Counted from the stretch's first letter, positions 9,194-19,260 are shown. The stretch: 56,731 bases of DNA from an uncultured Candidatus Saccharibacteria bacterium (GCA_964387825.1 CAYLWZ010000004.1:1-56731), one strand, 5' to 3'. Made by a program: numbers and translations. Notes: generated by a model not told the origin, from the letters alone.

Positions 9194-10658
9194 AAAGATT
9201 TAATCGAGGAAACAACGAGTTCCCTCTTTTTCTTTTTACAAACTTTCCCGTTCTTTTGTCTCTTTCTATTTCTTTTTTAATTCTTTCTGAAGTTTCGGGC
9301 AAAAACGGTTCCAGCATTTGAGCGATACTGTCTAAAGAAATCAGTAAATCATTAATGATTGACGGCTTATTTTTAACGTCTTCCCAAGGTCGGGTTTGTT
9401 CAATATATTTATCGCAAAAACTAATCAATCCCCAAATTGCTTTCAAAGATTCATTAAACTTAAATTCTTCTAAAGCTTTTTTATAATTCTCCAAAATTTT
9501 ATCAACCCTTTTTTGAAAATTGGGATTTGAAAATTTATTGAAAATTGAAAATTGAAAATTGAAAATTTTAGCAAGGGTTATTACTCTTGCCACCAAGTTT
9601 CCCAAACCATTTGCTAAATCGCTATTATATCTCTCCTCAAATTTTTTATAAGTAAAATCGCCGTCCTCGGCCGGAGGGATTTCTCTTAAGAGAAAATACC
9701 TTACAGCGTCTGTTCCATATTTTCCAACAAGCTCAAAAGGGTCAACAATATTTCCTAACGATTTTGATATTTTTTGCTTGTCAATATTGATAAATCCATG
9801 GACAAAAATTTTTTTTGGAAGTTCCAATCCAAGAGATAAAAGTATTGCCGGCCATATTAAAGCGTGAAATTTCAATATATCCTTGCCAACGCAATGGACA
9901 TCCGCCGGCCAATATTTTTTAAATTCTTTGCCATCGGGATACCCTAACGCTGAAACATAATTCAGAAGAGCGTCTGCCCAGACATAAATTGTTTGAGTTG
10001 AGTCGCCGGGAACCTCTATCCCCCATTTTAACCTTGACCTTGACCTTGAGAAACTAATATCTGTAAGTTTCCGTCTGATAAAACCCAGCGCTTCGTTTTT
10101 TCTTGTTTTAGGAATAATTTTTATTTTATCTTTTTCTAAAATTTTCTCTATTTTTCCCGCGTATTTTGAAAGACGAAAAAAATAATTTTCTTCCCTAACG
10201 ACTTCCGGCTTTTTTTTATGGATAGGACATTTGCCTTTAATTAACTCTCTTTCGGCAATAAAGGCCTCGCAGCCCGAACAATAAAGCCCCTCATATTTTT
10301 TTTTATAAATATCTCCTTTGTTTTCTATCTTCCTCCAAATCTTTTTCACTGTCGGCCAATGCCTCTTTTTATCAGTAGTTTTGATAAAATCGTCATTGGA
10401 GATATTTAAAATTTTCTCTAACTCTTTAAATCTGTTTGAAATTTTATCAACAAGCTCTTTCGGCGTTTTCCCTGCTTTCTTTGCCGCTTCGGCAATTTTT
10501 ATCCCGTGCTCATCAGTCCCGGTCAGAAAGAAAACATCATCGCCTATAATACGATGATAGCGGGCTAATACATCTGCCTGGACCGCTTCTAAAGCAAAGC
10601 CAATATGGGGGAAAGCATTAGCATAAGCTATGCTTGTTGTTATATAAAATTTCCTCAT
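9183..10658 (-). CDS. metG: Methionine--tRNA ligase (short form)
   Basis: YAN..PHIG, FLTGTDEHG, YVWADAL, GKDILKFH, KISKS. Confidence 0.96.
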   Translation of the reverse strand: MRKFYITTSIAYANAFPHIGFALEAVQADVLARYHRIIGDDVFFLTGTDEHGIKIAEAAKKAGKTPKELVDKISNRFKELEKILNISNDDFIKTTDKKRHWPTVKKIWRKIENKGDIYKKKYEGLYCSGCEAFIAERELIKGKCPIHKKKPEVVREENYFFRLSKYAGKIEKILEKDKIKIIPKTRKNEALGFIRRKLTDISFSRSRSRLKWGIEVPGDSTQTIYVWADALLNYVSALGYPDGKEFKKYWPADVHCVGKDILKFHALIWPAILLSLGLELPKKIFVHGFINIDKQKISKSLGNIVDPFELVGKYGTDAVRYFLLREIPPAEDGDFTYKKFEERYNSDLANGLGNLVARVITLAKIFNFQFSIFNKFSNPNFQKRVDKILENYKKALEEFKFNESLKAIWGLISFCDKYIEQTRPWEDVKNKPSIINDLLISLDSIAQMLEPFLPETSERIKKEIERDKRTGKFVKRKRGNSLFPRLNLYVN

Positions 10659-10660
10659 AG

Positions 10661-11689
10661 TTAGACAATATCCACTTTTTTATCTCTTCTTCTTTCTAAA
10701 AACTCTCTAAGAAATTCAAATAAAATCCCAAACAAAGGAATCGCCAATAATGCCCCTAAAATTCCCCAAATCTTTGCTCCTATAATTAAAGAAACCAGAA
10801 CTAAAACAGGAGGAACGCCAATAATCTTTTTCATTAGATAGGGAGATAAAATACTATTTTCAATTTGTTGAATTATTATAAAAACAACTACAACAAAAAC
10901 AGCTTTTAATATTTCGGCCGGGGCAATAATCACAAAAAACAAAAGCCCGGTAATAGCAGGTCCGATGTAGGGAATAAAATTAAAAACACCGGCGAATAAA
11001 GCTAAAAGAGCAGGATATTTTACATCAAAAACCAATAGAGAGGCATAAGAAGCAAAACCGACAAACAAGGAAGCTAGAATTCTTGCTCCGAACCAGCCGG
11101 CGATTTTCTTTTCGCATCTCCCCCATAAATCCAAGACGTAAGCCCCGTATTTTTTGGGAAAAAGAAGTATCAGGACTTTTTCAGTCGCTCTTTCTTCCAA
11201 CGAAAGAAAAAAAGCGGTAGTAATAATAAATAAAAAAGAAAAAAATCCTCCAAAAATAGCAAACAAGACATTAAAAATATTACCGGCCATATTTTGGAGA
11301 ATATCTCCAATTCCTTGTATAAAACTATTTATATTCTCAAACGCCTGAAAACCAAGTCCTTTTAAGGGAGGAGAGATTTTTTCAAAATATTGAGGGAAAG
11401 ATTCTAAAAACTGACGAATTTCAGAATTGAATAAAGGGACCATTGAATAAATTAAAAAACTAAAAAGACTAAAAATACTAAAATAAACAAGGAAACCGGC
11501 CAGAAAACGAGGAATTTTCCTTTTCTGTAAAAAATTAATAGCCGGATTAAAAAGAATGGAAATCGTCAAAGCAAAAACAAACCAGATTAAAATATCTCTG
11601 ATTAAATAAATTAAATAGAAACAAACTATGGCAATGGAAATTCTGAAAATTGTTCTCCAAGATATGTCTAATATTTTTTCGCTGTCCAT
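10661..11689 (-). CDS. AI-2E family transporter (PerM/YhhT-like)
   Basis: Multi-TM, FIPYIGP and IQQIEN..L.P motifs; start set at ATG 11689. Confidence 0.85.
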   Translation of the reverse strand: MDSEKILDISWRTIFRISIAIVCFYLIYLIRDILIWFVFALTISILFNPAINFLQKRKIPRFLAGFLVYFSIFSLFSFLIYSMVPLFNSEIRQFLESFPQYFEKISPPLKGLGFQAFENINSFIQGIGDILQNMAGNIFNVLFAIFGGFFSFLFIITTAFFLSLEERATEKVLILLFPKKYGAYVLDLWGRCEKKIAGWFGARILASLFVGFASYASLLVFDVKYPALLALFAGVFNFIPYIGPAITGLLFFVIIAPAEILKAVFVVVVFIIIQQIENSILSPYLMKKIIGVPPVLVLVSLIIGAKIWGILGALLAIPLFGILFEFLREFLERRRDKKVDIV

Positions 11690-11697
11690 GATAAATA

Positions 11698-11826
11698 AAT
11701 TTTCAATTATCAATTTTCAATTATCAATAAATTTTCCAATTAACCAATTTTCAAACAAAGTCATAAAATTTGAATATTGAAAAATTGAGATTTTATTGAA
11801 AATTGGTCATTGAAAATTGAAAATTA
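11698..11826. repeat. Two-armed (TTTTCAA)n/(TTGAAAA)n element; inverted copy at 39468-39613
   Basis: Left arm of TTTTCAA/TTATCAA units, right arm of TTGAAAA units; both arms match the reverse complement of 39468-39613. Confidence 0.85.
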
Positions 11827-11855
11827 AAAACAAAAATAAATAATCAACTAAACAC

Positions 11856-13184
11856 TTAAAACTTTAGCAATCTCTGAAACTTTTCTTTATTTTTAAAGGG
11901 TCCTATTAAAGCTAAATTTAATTTCTCGGGCCGGAAAATATCTTGAGCGGTTTTCAGAACATCGTTAGTGGTAACTTTATTAATTTTAGCACAAATTTCC
12001 TTCGGGGTTAAAATTTTTCTCTCCACGATTTCCTGTCCGCCATAAAAACTGGCATTGGCGTCAGAAGTTTCCAGAGCTAAACTTATTTTACCCTTAAAAT
12101 GGTCTTTCGCTTTCTCTAGTTCTTTTAAAGAAATCTTTTCTTGAGAAATATTTTTATATTCTTTCATGATAGCGGAAATCGCTTTTTCCGCTTTACTGTT
12201 ATCTACTCCGGAATAAGTAACTAAGGAGCCGACATCGGGGTCAGAAGAAATTCCGGTTCTTATATAATAAGCAAGTCCCAATTCTTCTCTAATTTTAATA
12301 AACAAACGAGAGCTCATCATACCTCCCAAAATCAAAGCCAAAATTTCCTGAGAATATCGTTGAGGATGAAATAAATTATATCCTCTTACTCCCAAGCAAA
12401 AATGGGTTTGGCCTGTCTTTTTTTCTTTCAAAAGAAATTTTGGTTTTCTTTGTTTTTCAATCCTTCGGTTATTACTCAGGATTGAGCTGAGCTCAGTAGA
12501 AGCTTTTACCGAAGCGTCAACGACAGGAGGTTTTTTAATACTTTTTTTATTTTTTATTCCGGAAAAATATTTCTTAATTTTATCAATCGCTCTTGAACTG
12601 TCAGGGATATTTCCAGCCACGCAAACAAGAGTGTTTGAAGCGTTATATTGGGTTTTCATATAATCAATCAACTGTTTGCGGGAAATACTTAAAACACCTT
12701 TCTTTGTTCCAGTTATATCCCGGCCGGCCGGCTGGTCGCCGTATAAAATTTTATCCCATAAACTCTGGACGTAAACGGCGGGCTGGTCATAATACATATT
12801 AATTTCTTCAATAACTACCATTTTTTCTCTCTCAAGTTCCTTCGGGTCTAATTTAGAATTTAGATAAATATCAGAAATTATATCTAAAGCCAAATCAAAA
12901 TGGCCGGAATCAACTTTGGCAAAATAGCCGGTATATTCTTCTCCGGTAAAAGCGTTATAATTTCCCCCTACCCTGTCCAAAGGTTCGGAAATGGCAATCT
13001 TATCCGGCCTCTTTTTTGTCCCTTTAAATAGCATATGCTCCAAAAGATGGGAAATGCCGTTAATTTTTTTTCTTTCGTATTTAGAACCGGTTGCCGCCAA
13101 AACCAAAACCGTCACTGCTTGGGTGCTTTTCTGGGGAACGGTAATGATTCTAAGACCGTTTTTTAAAATTGTTTTTTTGAACAT
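11856..13184 (-). CDS. M16 (pitrilysin) family zinc peptidase
   Basis: HLLEHMLFKGT inverted zinc motif, YNAFT, SSRLF..IREELGLAY. Confidence 0.92.
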   Translation of the reverse strand: MFKKTILKNGLRIITVPQKSTQAVTVLVLAATGSKYERKKINGISHLLEHMLFKGTKKRPDKIAISEPLDRVGGNYNAFTGEEYTGYFAKVDSGHFDLALDIISDIYLNSKLDPKELEREKMVVIEEINMYYDQPAVYVQSLWDKILYGDQPAGRDITGTKKGVLSISRKQLIDYMKTQYNASNTLVCVAGNIPDSSRAIDKIKKYFSGIKNKKSIKKPPVVDASVKASTELSSILSNNRRIEKQRKPKFLLKEKKTGQTHFCLGVRGYNLFHPQRYSQEILALILGGMMSSRLFIKIREELGLAYYIRTGISSDPDVGSLVTYSGVDNSKAEKAISAIMKEYKNISQEKISLKELEKAKDHFKGKISLALETSDANASFYGGQEIVERKILTPKEICAKINKVTTNDVLKTAQDIFRPEKLNLALIGPFKNKEKFQRLLKF

Positions 13185-13840
13185 ATTATTAAAAATCTGA
13201 TTTTGATTAGTTGCCAAATCATTTTTAGGCGATTTTTAAAACCTTTGACAAAACCCCATTTTTTTTCTTTTATTATTACGTCAAGACCTTTTAATTTAGA
13301 GTAAAACACCTTTAAATTTCTCTTTTGACAATAATAATTCAAAGCCGTTTCAACGGCGAAGCCCTGAATAAACCGTTCAGGTATGGCCTCAAATACAGAG
13401 CGATTCATCGCCCTTTCTCCTGCAATAGCCAAAAGAGGATCTATTTTAATAATAATTTCTGGCAATCCTTTATAGCGGTCCCTCACTCCTACAACCATTG
13501 ACGCCTTTCCATTTAAAATCGGCTGGACCAACCGAGAAATGTGTTCTGTTTTTAATCCAATCAAATCAGCGTCAAAGAAAACTATTATTTCGGCATCGGT
13601 GCTTTCAATTCCTTTCTTCATCGCGTTTCCTTTACCGCTTCCTCCTTTTTTCGGTAATCTGATAACTTTAGCCCCAATTTTTTCCCCAATTTCCGCTGTC
13701 TTGTCTATTGACCCGTCATCCACTAAAATAACTTCATCAAGGTTTTTTGATTCTAAAAGTACTTTTAAAACATTCCCAACATTTGCTTCCTCGTTTAAGG
13801 CTGAAATAACGGCAGCCACTTTTATTTTATGACTGTTCAT
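13163..13840 (-). CDS. Glycosyltransferase family 2
   Basis: VDDGSID, GKGNAM, FFDAD; resembles glucosyl-3-phosphoglycerate synthase-type GT2. Confidence 0.85.
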   Translation of the reverse strand: MNSHKIKVAAVISALNEEANVGNVLKVLLESKNLDEVILVDDGSIDKTAEIGEKIGAKVIRLPKKGGSGKGNAMKKGIESTDAEIIVFFDADLIGLKTEHISRLVQPILNGKASMVVGVRDRYKGLPEIIIKIDPLLAIAGERAMNRSVFEAIPERFIQGFAVETALNYYCQKRNLKVFYSKLKGLDVIIKEKKWGFVKGFKNRLKMIWQLIKIRFLIICSKKQF

Positions 13841-15200
13841 TTAGTTTTTCCCTTAAATAAGAAATTAAATTTTTGACTTTGACTCTTTCCTGCTTCATTG
13901 TGTCGCGGTCGCGGATAGTCAAATCATTATGCATTAAGGACTCAAAATCAATTGTCAAACAAATCGGAGTTCCTGTTTCATCTTGACGGCGATAACGCCG
14001 GCCAATTGAACTAATCTTATCATACTGGCACATAAAATAAGGTTTCAACGCCTGGTAAACTTCTCTGGCTTTTTTTACTATTTCCAGATTATTTTTCACT
14101 AAAGGCAAAACAGCTGCTTTTATTGGCGCTATTTTTTTATCTAATTTTAGAAAAATTTCCGCCTCTTTGGCTGATTTAGTAGTTTTTGTCCGGCCGCCTT
14201 TAATTTCTTGATAACTGTCGCATAATAAGGCGAGAAATGCCCTATCAACGCCGGCTGAAGTTTCTATAATATTAGGGATAAATTTCTTTTTTGAAAAAGG
14301 GTCAATATAATTAAAATCTTCTCCACTATATTTTGAATGGTTTGACAAATCCCAATCTCCCCTATCGTGTATTCCTTCTATTTCTCCCCATCCCCAAGGA
14401 AATTTATATTCTATATCTACAGCTCTTTTGGCATAATGAGCTAATTCATTTTTTTTGTGTTCTCTAAAACGTAAATTTTCTTTTTTTATCCCTAAACTAA
14501 GATACCAATTTATCCTTTTTTCTTTCCAAGAATTAAAGATTTTTTCCTTATTATTAGGACTGACAAAAAATTGCATCTCCATTTGCTCAAATTCTCTCAT
14601 TCTGAAAATAAAATTTCCAGGCGTAATTTCGTTGCGGAACGCTTTTCCTATCTGAGCAATGCCAAACGGAATATTTAACCTCATTGAATCTTTAACATTT
14701 TTATAATTTACATAAATTCCTTGGCAGGTTTCAGCCCTTAAATAAGAAACAGAAGCGTCGTCTTCAACCGGGCCGACAAAAGTTTTCATCATTAGATTAA
14801 ACTGTCGAGCTTTTGTAAATTCTTTCCCTCCGCAAAGAGGACACTGATTTTTTTCTTTTGTCTTACCTTCGCCAATAAATTTGCCTTCTTCCATATAGTC
14901 TGCCCTAAATCTTGAATGGCATTTTTTGCACTCAACCAGCAAATCGGCAAATCCCGCCGTTAAATGGCCAGAGGCCTGCCAAACTTTTGGCGACATCAAA
15001 ATTGAAGCGTCTAGTCCAACAATATTTTCATTTTCCTGAACCATAAATATCCACCATTGTTTTTTTATGTTGTTCTTTAATTCAACCCCTAACGGTCCAT
15101 AATCATAACAAGAGGCAAAACCGCCGTAAATTTCTGACGAAGGAAATATAAAACCCCTTCTTTTGCTCAATGAAATAATTTTTTGCATTAAATTTTCCAT
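13827..15200 (-). CDS. glyQS: Glycine--tRNA ligase (homodimeric GlyRS-1 type)
   Basis: KRRGFIFPSSEIYGG, YLRAETCQG, FRNEITP, FEQME, IGRRYRRQDE. Confidence 0.95.
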   Translation of the reverse strand: MENLMQKIISLSKRRGFIFPSSEIYGGFASCYDYGPLGVELKNNIKKQWWIFMVQENENIVGLDASILMSPKVWQASGHLTAGFADLLVECKKCHSRFRADYMEEGKFIGEGKTKEKNQCPLCGGKEFTKARQFNLMMKTFVGPVEDDASVSYLRAETCQGIYVNYKNVKDSMRLNIPFGIAQIGKAFRNEITPGNFIFRMREFEQMEMQFFVSPNNKEKIFNSWKEKRINWYLSLGIKKENLRFREHKKNELAHYAKRAVDIEYKFPWGWGEIEGIHDRGDWDLSNHSKYSGEDFNYIDPFSKKKFIPNIIETSAGVDRAFLALLCDSYQEIKGGRTKTTKSAKEAEIFLKLDKKIAPIKAAVLPLVKNNLEIVKKAREVYQALKPYFMCQYDKISSIGRRYRRQDETGTPICLTIDFESLMHNDLTIRDRDTMKQERVKVKNLISYLREKLNEQS

Positions 15201-15270
15201 TTAAGTTGAGAACAGGTCCCAAAAAAGGATATGTCCCTTTCTGGTTCCCGTCTTATGTCTTGTTTTCTTG

Positions 15271-16959
15271 TTATTTTACAATTCCATTCTCTCCGGAAAC
15301 TGTCGGGTCGTCGGGTAAATCGGTTCTTATCCCTGAAGCGCTTCCTTCAATATTTTTCTCTGTCCACTGGTCCTCTCCGCTAATTGTTGCCTTGCCAATA
15401 ATTAAAGCGGCCTCTCCTCTCTGTCCAGTAGTTGGCGTTAAAGCAACTTGAAAAGTAATATTGGGAGCCAGGTTTAAAATTCCCGCGCCTCCCTCCATGG
15501 CCTCGCCGTCTCCAACCGACCAAACAATTTCCCTGCTCTGGATATCAAAAGAAAAATTGGAGGATTCATTCTCAGGAAAAATCTTGCCGGTCAATTTAAC
15601 ATTAAAGGGCAAAACCGCTTTCACTTTCACATTATTTACGTCATTATAATAATTTTTTGCCTGCCAGGTTATACTATAAAAGGTTTTTTCTCCCACTTTG
15701 GGCGGAATAGGCCCGGAATTGCCAAAAAGATTTTCCTGATAATAACCTTTCTGGGAAATAAATAATTTTGAATTCAGTTTTACTTCAAATTCCCGCTTTG
15801 TCTGAGAAATTAAAACAATGTCTTTTAAAACAGAATTTTTTTCTTGGGGACTCTTTATTTCCCAATCCTTTGTTTTTATCCAAAACTCAACTTTTCCTTC
15901 TTCGCCCTGGTCTAAAAACTGAAGTTTCGGAATATCTCTCCAATCCCAAACAATAGAATTGTCTCCCTTGCCGAACTGGCCATTATCAACTTTTAAGCTG
16001 TCTAAATCAAACGCTTTACTATTAAGGGTTACTGCCAGAAACAAATCTTTGAAAGGGTCTACGCCGATATTTCTAAAATAAATTTCGTAATGAAGTAAAT
16101 CGCCGGGCTCGGCAACATATTCTCTCTGGCTATTTACTTCCTGGAAAATATAAAGATGAGGGTTGGAAATTTCCACTCCTTTTGTTATATTTTTCAGAGG
16201 AATAAATTTATTTTCTTGCCAAACCCCGAGAATTGCTCTAAAAATTTTCTGCTCTTTGGCTTCTCCCAATAATTTGCCCTCAATTTCAATTCTCCCTCCT
16301 TCCGCTTTATTCAAAATAGGAATATCCCACTCTGCTTTATCTAACGTTTTAGGGTCGCTTCCTATAAATTCAAAATTAGAGGGATATTCAACTTTTATCC
16401 CAAGATTAGTAAGAGGATAATCTAAATTAGAAAAATAATTTATATAAAACCTAAAATCTCTACTTGCTTCTATTTTTGAAGAAAGGTCAAAGTCAAGAGT
16501 CAAGGGAACGGATTTGATAGTGGCGCTTAAAGTAGTGGCCGATTCATAGCGAGCTTTAAGGTTTTTTGGACGATAATTAAGCCAGGCCTTGGATGTTTTT
16601 ACTTCACCTTCTTTTCCTAAAAGGTGTCCTTTAAATTTAAAACTCTTCTCTTCGCCGGGATAAATGTCTCCTAATTCTTCAGGTCCAATCTCTATTCGCT
16701 TTGAAAAACCGTTTTCTAATAAAGTATTATCCGGAAATTCAAAAATAAGCCGGGGCTCTTCCAATTTGACATCACCGTTATTTTTATATCTCACCGTATA
16801 TTCAATTTCCTGGGAAATTGACACTTGCTCCGGCCCTAAAATTTCCAGTTTGAGAATTTCTTTTGAATAAGAATTCCTGTTCCAATGCCAAAAACCGACC
16901 ATCCCTACGGCTAAACCTAAAATTATGACAATAAAAATAAACTTCTTCATAAAAATCAT
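15271..16959 (-). CDS. Membrane-anchored surface protein with repeated beta-rich (Ig/DUF11-like) modules
   Basis: N-terminal TM helix; repeated GDLLHYEIYFRN / KTFYSITW-type strands. Confidence 0.6.
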   Translation of the reverse strand: MIFMKKFIFIVIILGLAVGMVGFWHWNRNSYSKEILKLEILGPEQVSISQEIEYTVRYKNNGDVKLEEPRLIFEFPDNTLLENGFSKRIEIGPEELGDIYPGEEKSFKFKGHLLGKEGEVKTSKAWLNYRPKNLKARYESATTLSATIKSVPLTLDFDLSSKIEASRDFRFYINYFSNLDYPLTNLGIKVEYPSNFEFIGSDPKTLDKAEWDIPILNKAEGGRIEIEGKLLGEAKEQKIFRAILGVWQENKFIPLKNITKGVEISNPHLYIFQEVNSQREYVAEPGDLLHYEIYFRNIGVDPFKDLFLAVTLNSKAFDLDSLKVDNGQFGKGDNSIVWDWRDIPKLQFLDQGEEGKVEFWIKTKDWEIKSPQEKNSVLKDIVLISQTKREFEVKLNSKLFISQKGYYQENLFGNSGPIPPKVGEKTFYSITWQAKNYYNDVNNVKVKAVLPFNVKLTGKIFPENESSNFSFDIQSREIVWSVGDGEAMEGGAGILNLAPNITFQVALTPTTGQRGEAALIIGKATISGEDQWTEKNIEGSASGIRTDLPDDPTVSGENGIVK

Positions 16960-17016
16960 CTTCTACTCCCTAAAATTAATTCATTCTAACAAATAATCCA
17001 AAAATTTAACAGGGGC

Positions 17017-17230
17017 CGTATAATGCAATCCAATTTTGGACTCTTGAGGTATTTAAAAAATAGATTATAACTCTTGCCGATTCACTATGAATTGTATCGG
17101 AGAAAATTTGTTTTGGAAAACGCAATAAACCCTCTCTGTGTTGTAGAAAATTAGGCAGTCAATCAGCCCATGGATAAACTCTTCCGGATTAATAAGATAG
17201 AGGTATGATAAAAAAAATCAGAAATGTCTC
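17017..17230 (-). pseudogene. Remnant of an integrase-core (IS481/IS3-like) transposase C-terminus
   Basis: 17199-17065 translates as YLINPEEFIHGLIDCLIFYNTERVYCVFQNKFSPIQF, resembling the YNxxRPH...SP end of rve transposases; no start, frameshifted upstream. Confidence 0.45.
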
Positions 17231-17283
17231 TATTTTCCCCAGCTTTCTAATATTAGTTAATGCCTTACTTCCTTTGATATCAA

Positions 17284-17320
17284 TAAAAAAGCACCGACTG
17301 TCATTTTTCGACAGCGGTGC
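17284..17320 (-). terminator. Intrinsic terminator of ORF 17334-18269
   Basis: GCACCG-a-CTGTC / GACAG-CGGTGC stem; A-tract on plus strand gives a U-tract on minus. Confidence 0.65.
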
Positions 17321-17333
17321 TCTTAGGGTGATA

Positions 17334-18269
17334 TTATCCCTGGACATTCCACGTCTTATTGACAAGAAATGAAACAAAGGATGGATCCTTGGAAATGTGC
17401 TTATAGAAGGTTATAATGACAAGATTTTCAAATTGCTTATGACCTATGGGATTCTTAGATTGGTCAAAAAAAGGAAGACTCCGGAGAAATTTCTCGTTTA
17501 AATCAGTCGTCAGTTTTTGCAGTTGAGTAAAATCTTTGACATTGCTTAGAACAATCAACTGCAAGGCGCGCAGGATTATCTCTGGATATTCTGTCAAGTC
17601 ATTAAGAATCTGACCATATCCTTGGTAACCAGTGGACTTAATTTTCTTAAAGAGTCCCCGCATGGTCTTTTCGTCAAGAGTAAATTCTTTTTTGACTCTT
17701 ATCCAACCGGCTTGATATCTAGGTAAAATAAACATATTCCAGGATGGATGAGCGGCAACTGGTTGGGCAATCTTACTGGTTGGAACGGAAAAGATTAAGC
17801 TTCTTTTAATAATCGAATACCTTAAAACAACAATTGCCATTAGAAAGACCACTATTAAAATAGACACGTGGAGGGCTAATCTCTTTCTTCTCTCTTTCGA
17901 TTTTGATAAGACAGCACTAATGGGTAAAAATTTATCAAAATCTATAAAGAACTCTAGGATAGTGCCTTTTTCCTCCTGCTCTCCATAACTCAAGAGAGCT
18001 TTACTCTTTAAAATTTTCAGCTGCTTGTCCAATTCTTGGACATCACCGCTGAATTGGCAATAGGCAAAACAATCTTTCTTATTTTTACGGAATATTTTAA
18101 ACCCACCGAAAGACTGTTCTTTGAGTAATTCAAGAATTAATTCCTCCCGAGCCCGATCAAACTTGATAATAATCTCATGAGTAGTGATTTGAGATTCAGC
18201 TCTTTTTTCCAACTTAGTGGACTCCCGTAACAAAACAGCAAATTCTTTCTTTTTGACGCTTGCTTTCAT
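17334..18269 (-). CDS. Hypothetical protein with a single central TM helix (unrecognised)
   Basis: 311-aa ORF, G-rich SD (AAGGGGGG), own terminator, hydrophobic segment near aa 131-150. Confidence 0.75.
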   Translation of the reverse strand: MKASVKKKEFAVLLRESTKLEKRAESQITTHEIIIKFDRAREELILELLKEQSFGGFKIFRKNKKDCFAYCQFSGDVQELDKQLKILKSKALLSYGEQEEKGTILEFFIDFDKFLPISAVLSKSKERRKRLALHVSILIVVFLMAIVVLRYSIIKRSLIFSVPTSKIAQPVAAHPSWNMFILPRYQAGWIRVKKEFTLDEKTMRGLFKKIKSTGYQGYGQILNDLTEYPEIILRALQLIVLSNVKDFTQLQKLTTDLNEKFLRSLPFFDQSKNPIGHKQFENLVIITFYKHISKDPSFVSFLVNKTWNVQG

Positions 18270-18374
18270 GTTTCCCCCCTTTTACCTTCATTGGTTTTTT
18301 AGGTTTTTTATTTTGTTTTGAAGAACTATTTTAATAATAAATGATTTTTCTTATTTTGTCAACCCAATATAGGC

Positions 18375-18466
18375 TGAATTCAACCCTGAAGCGCAACACT
18401 AAAAACTTTTAAAGGAATTTTACAGCCAAGCTGTTTGTACGGCCTGTTGTTGAGAGCGTCCTCAAC
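18375..18466 (-). mobile_element. IS30-family right-end remnant (transposase C-terminus + terminal inverted repeat)
   Basis: Minus strand reads VEDALNNRPYKQLGCKIPLKVFSVALQG*, matching the IS30 LNNRPRKxLGxKTP...VAL end; terminus TGAATTCAACCCTGAAGCGCAACAC resembles the IS30 IR. Confidence 0.75.
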
Positions 18467-18513
18467 CTATTGTATTTCTTTATTGGATATTTTAGTAAAA
18501 TCTGTTTTCTTTA

Positions 18514-18540
18514 ATTTTCGGAGATACGACCTCCGAAAAT
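18514..18540. repeat. ATTTTCGGAG-N7-CTCCGAAAAT hairpin; related copy at 24921-24947
   Basis: 10-bp perfect stem; CGACCTCCGAAAATC shared exactly with 24933-24947. Confidence 0.7.
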
Positions 18541-18547
18541 CAACTAA

Positions 18548-19255
18548 TCAAACTTTCAAATATTCTTCAGAGATTGACCTCAATAATTTTTCATAATTAT
18601 TGGTTATTTTTAATTTTAAAATAGTCTGCCAGTCCTTTTTTAGAAAAAGACGGATAATTTTAATAATTTCCGGAGAAATCTTACTTCCTTTTTTGACCCT
18701 ACCAAAACAATTAAAACAAATTATTCCTCCTCCCGGCTCAAGATAAATTTGTTGAGGAATTAACTTTTTTCCACAGAAAGCGCATTTATAGAGATTAATT
18801 TGATATCCCAAAATTGAGAGCAGGTTCCAAAAAAAATAATAGTAAATTAACGAACAGCGAGCAGCGAGCAGCGAACAATCGTTTAACCTTCCAAAAACAT
18901 CCCTCAGTAAATCCCATATCTCTTTATCTTTTTCCTCACGCTTAATTAAATCGTCCGTAATCTTAATAATCTGACAAGCAATCTCAAATTTTTCTAAATT
19001 CTCTCTTGTATTCTTAAAGTTTTTAATCACAACCGCATCGGTTAAAGTTTTATAAATCTTTCCTTGAATAAATTCAATATCAGATAAAGAAAAAAGTTTT
19101 ATTCCTCCTTTTAATTTTGATTTGATTTTTCTGATAGATTTTCCTAAAATTTTTATCTTCCCGAAATCCTCGGTATAAAAAGTAAAAATTTGGTCTGCCT
19201 CTCCCCGAACTTCTTTTTTGAGCGCCAAACCTCTGGTTTGATAACGAACAGCCAT
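18548..19255 (-). CDS. recO: DNA repair protein RecO
   Basis: GEADQIF..YTEDFGKI, KSKLKG, CAFC..C..C zinc motif. Confidence 0.9.
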   Translation of the reverse strand: MAVRYQTRGLALKKEVRGEADQIFTFYTEDFGKIKILGKSIRKIKSKLKGGIKLFSLSDIEFIQGKIYKTLTDAVVIKNFKNTRENLEKFEIACQIIKITDDLIKREEKDKEIWDLLRDVFGRLNDCSLLAARCSLIYYYFFWNLLSILGYQINLYKCAFCGKKLIPQQIYLEPGGGIICFNCFGRVKKGSKISPEIIKIIRLFLKKDWQTILKLKITNNYEKLLRSISEEYLKV

Positions 19256-19260
19256 AAAAT

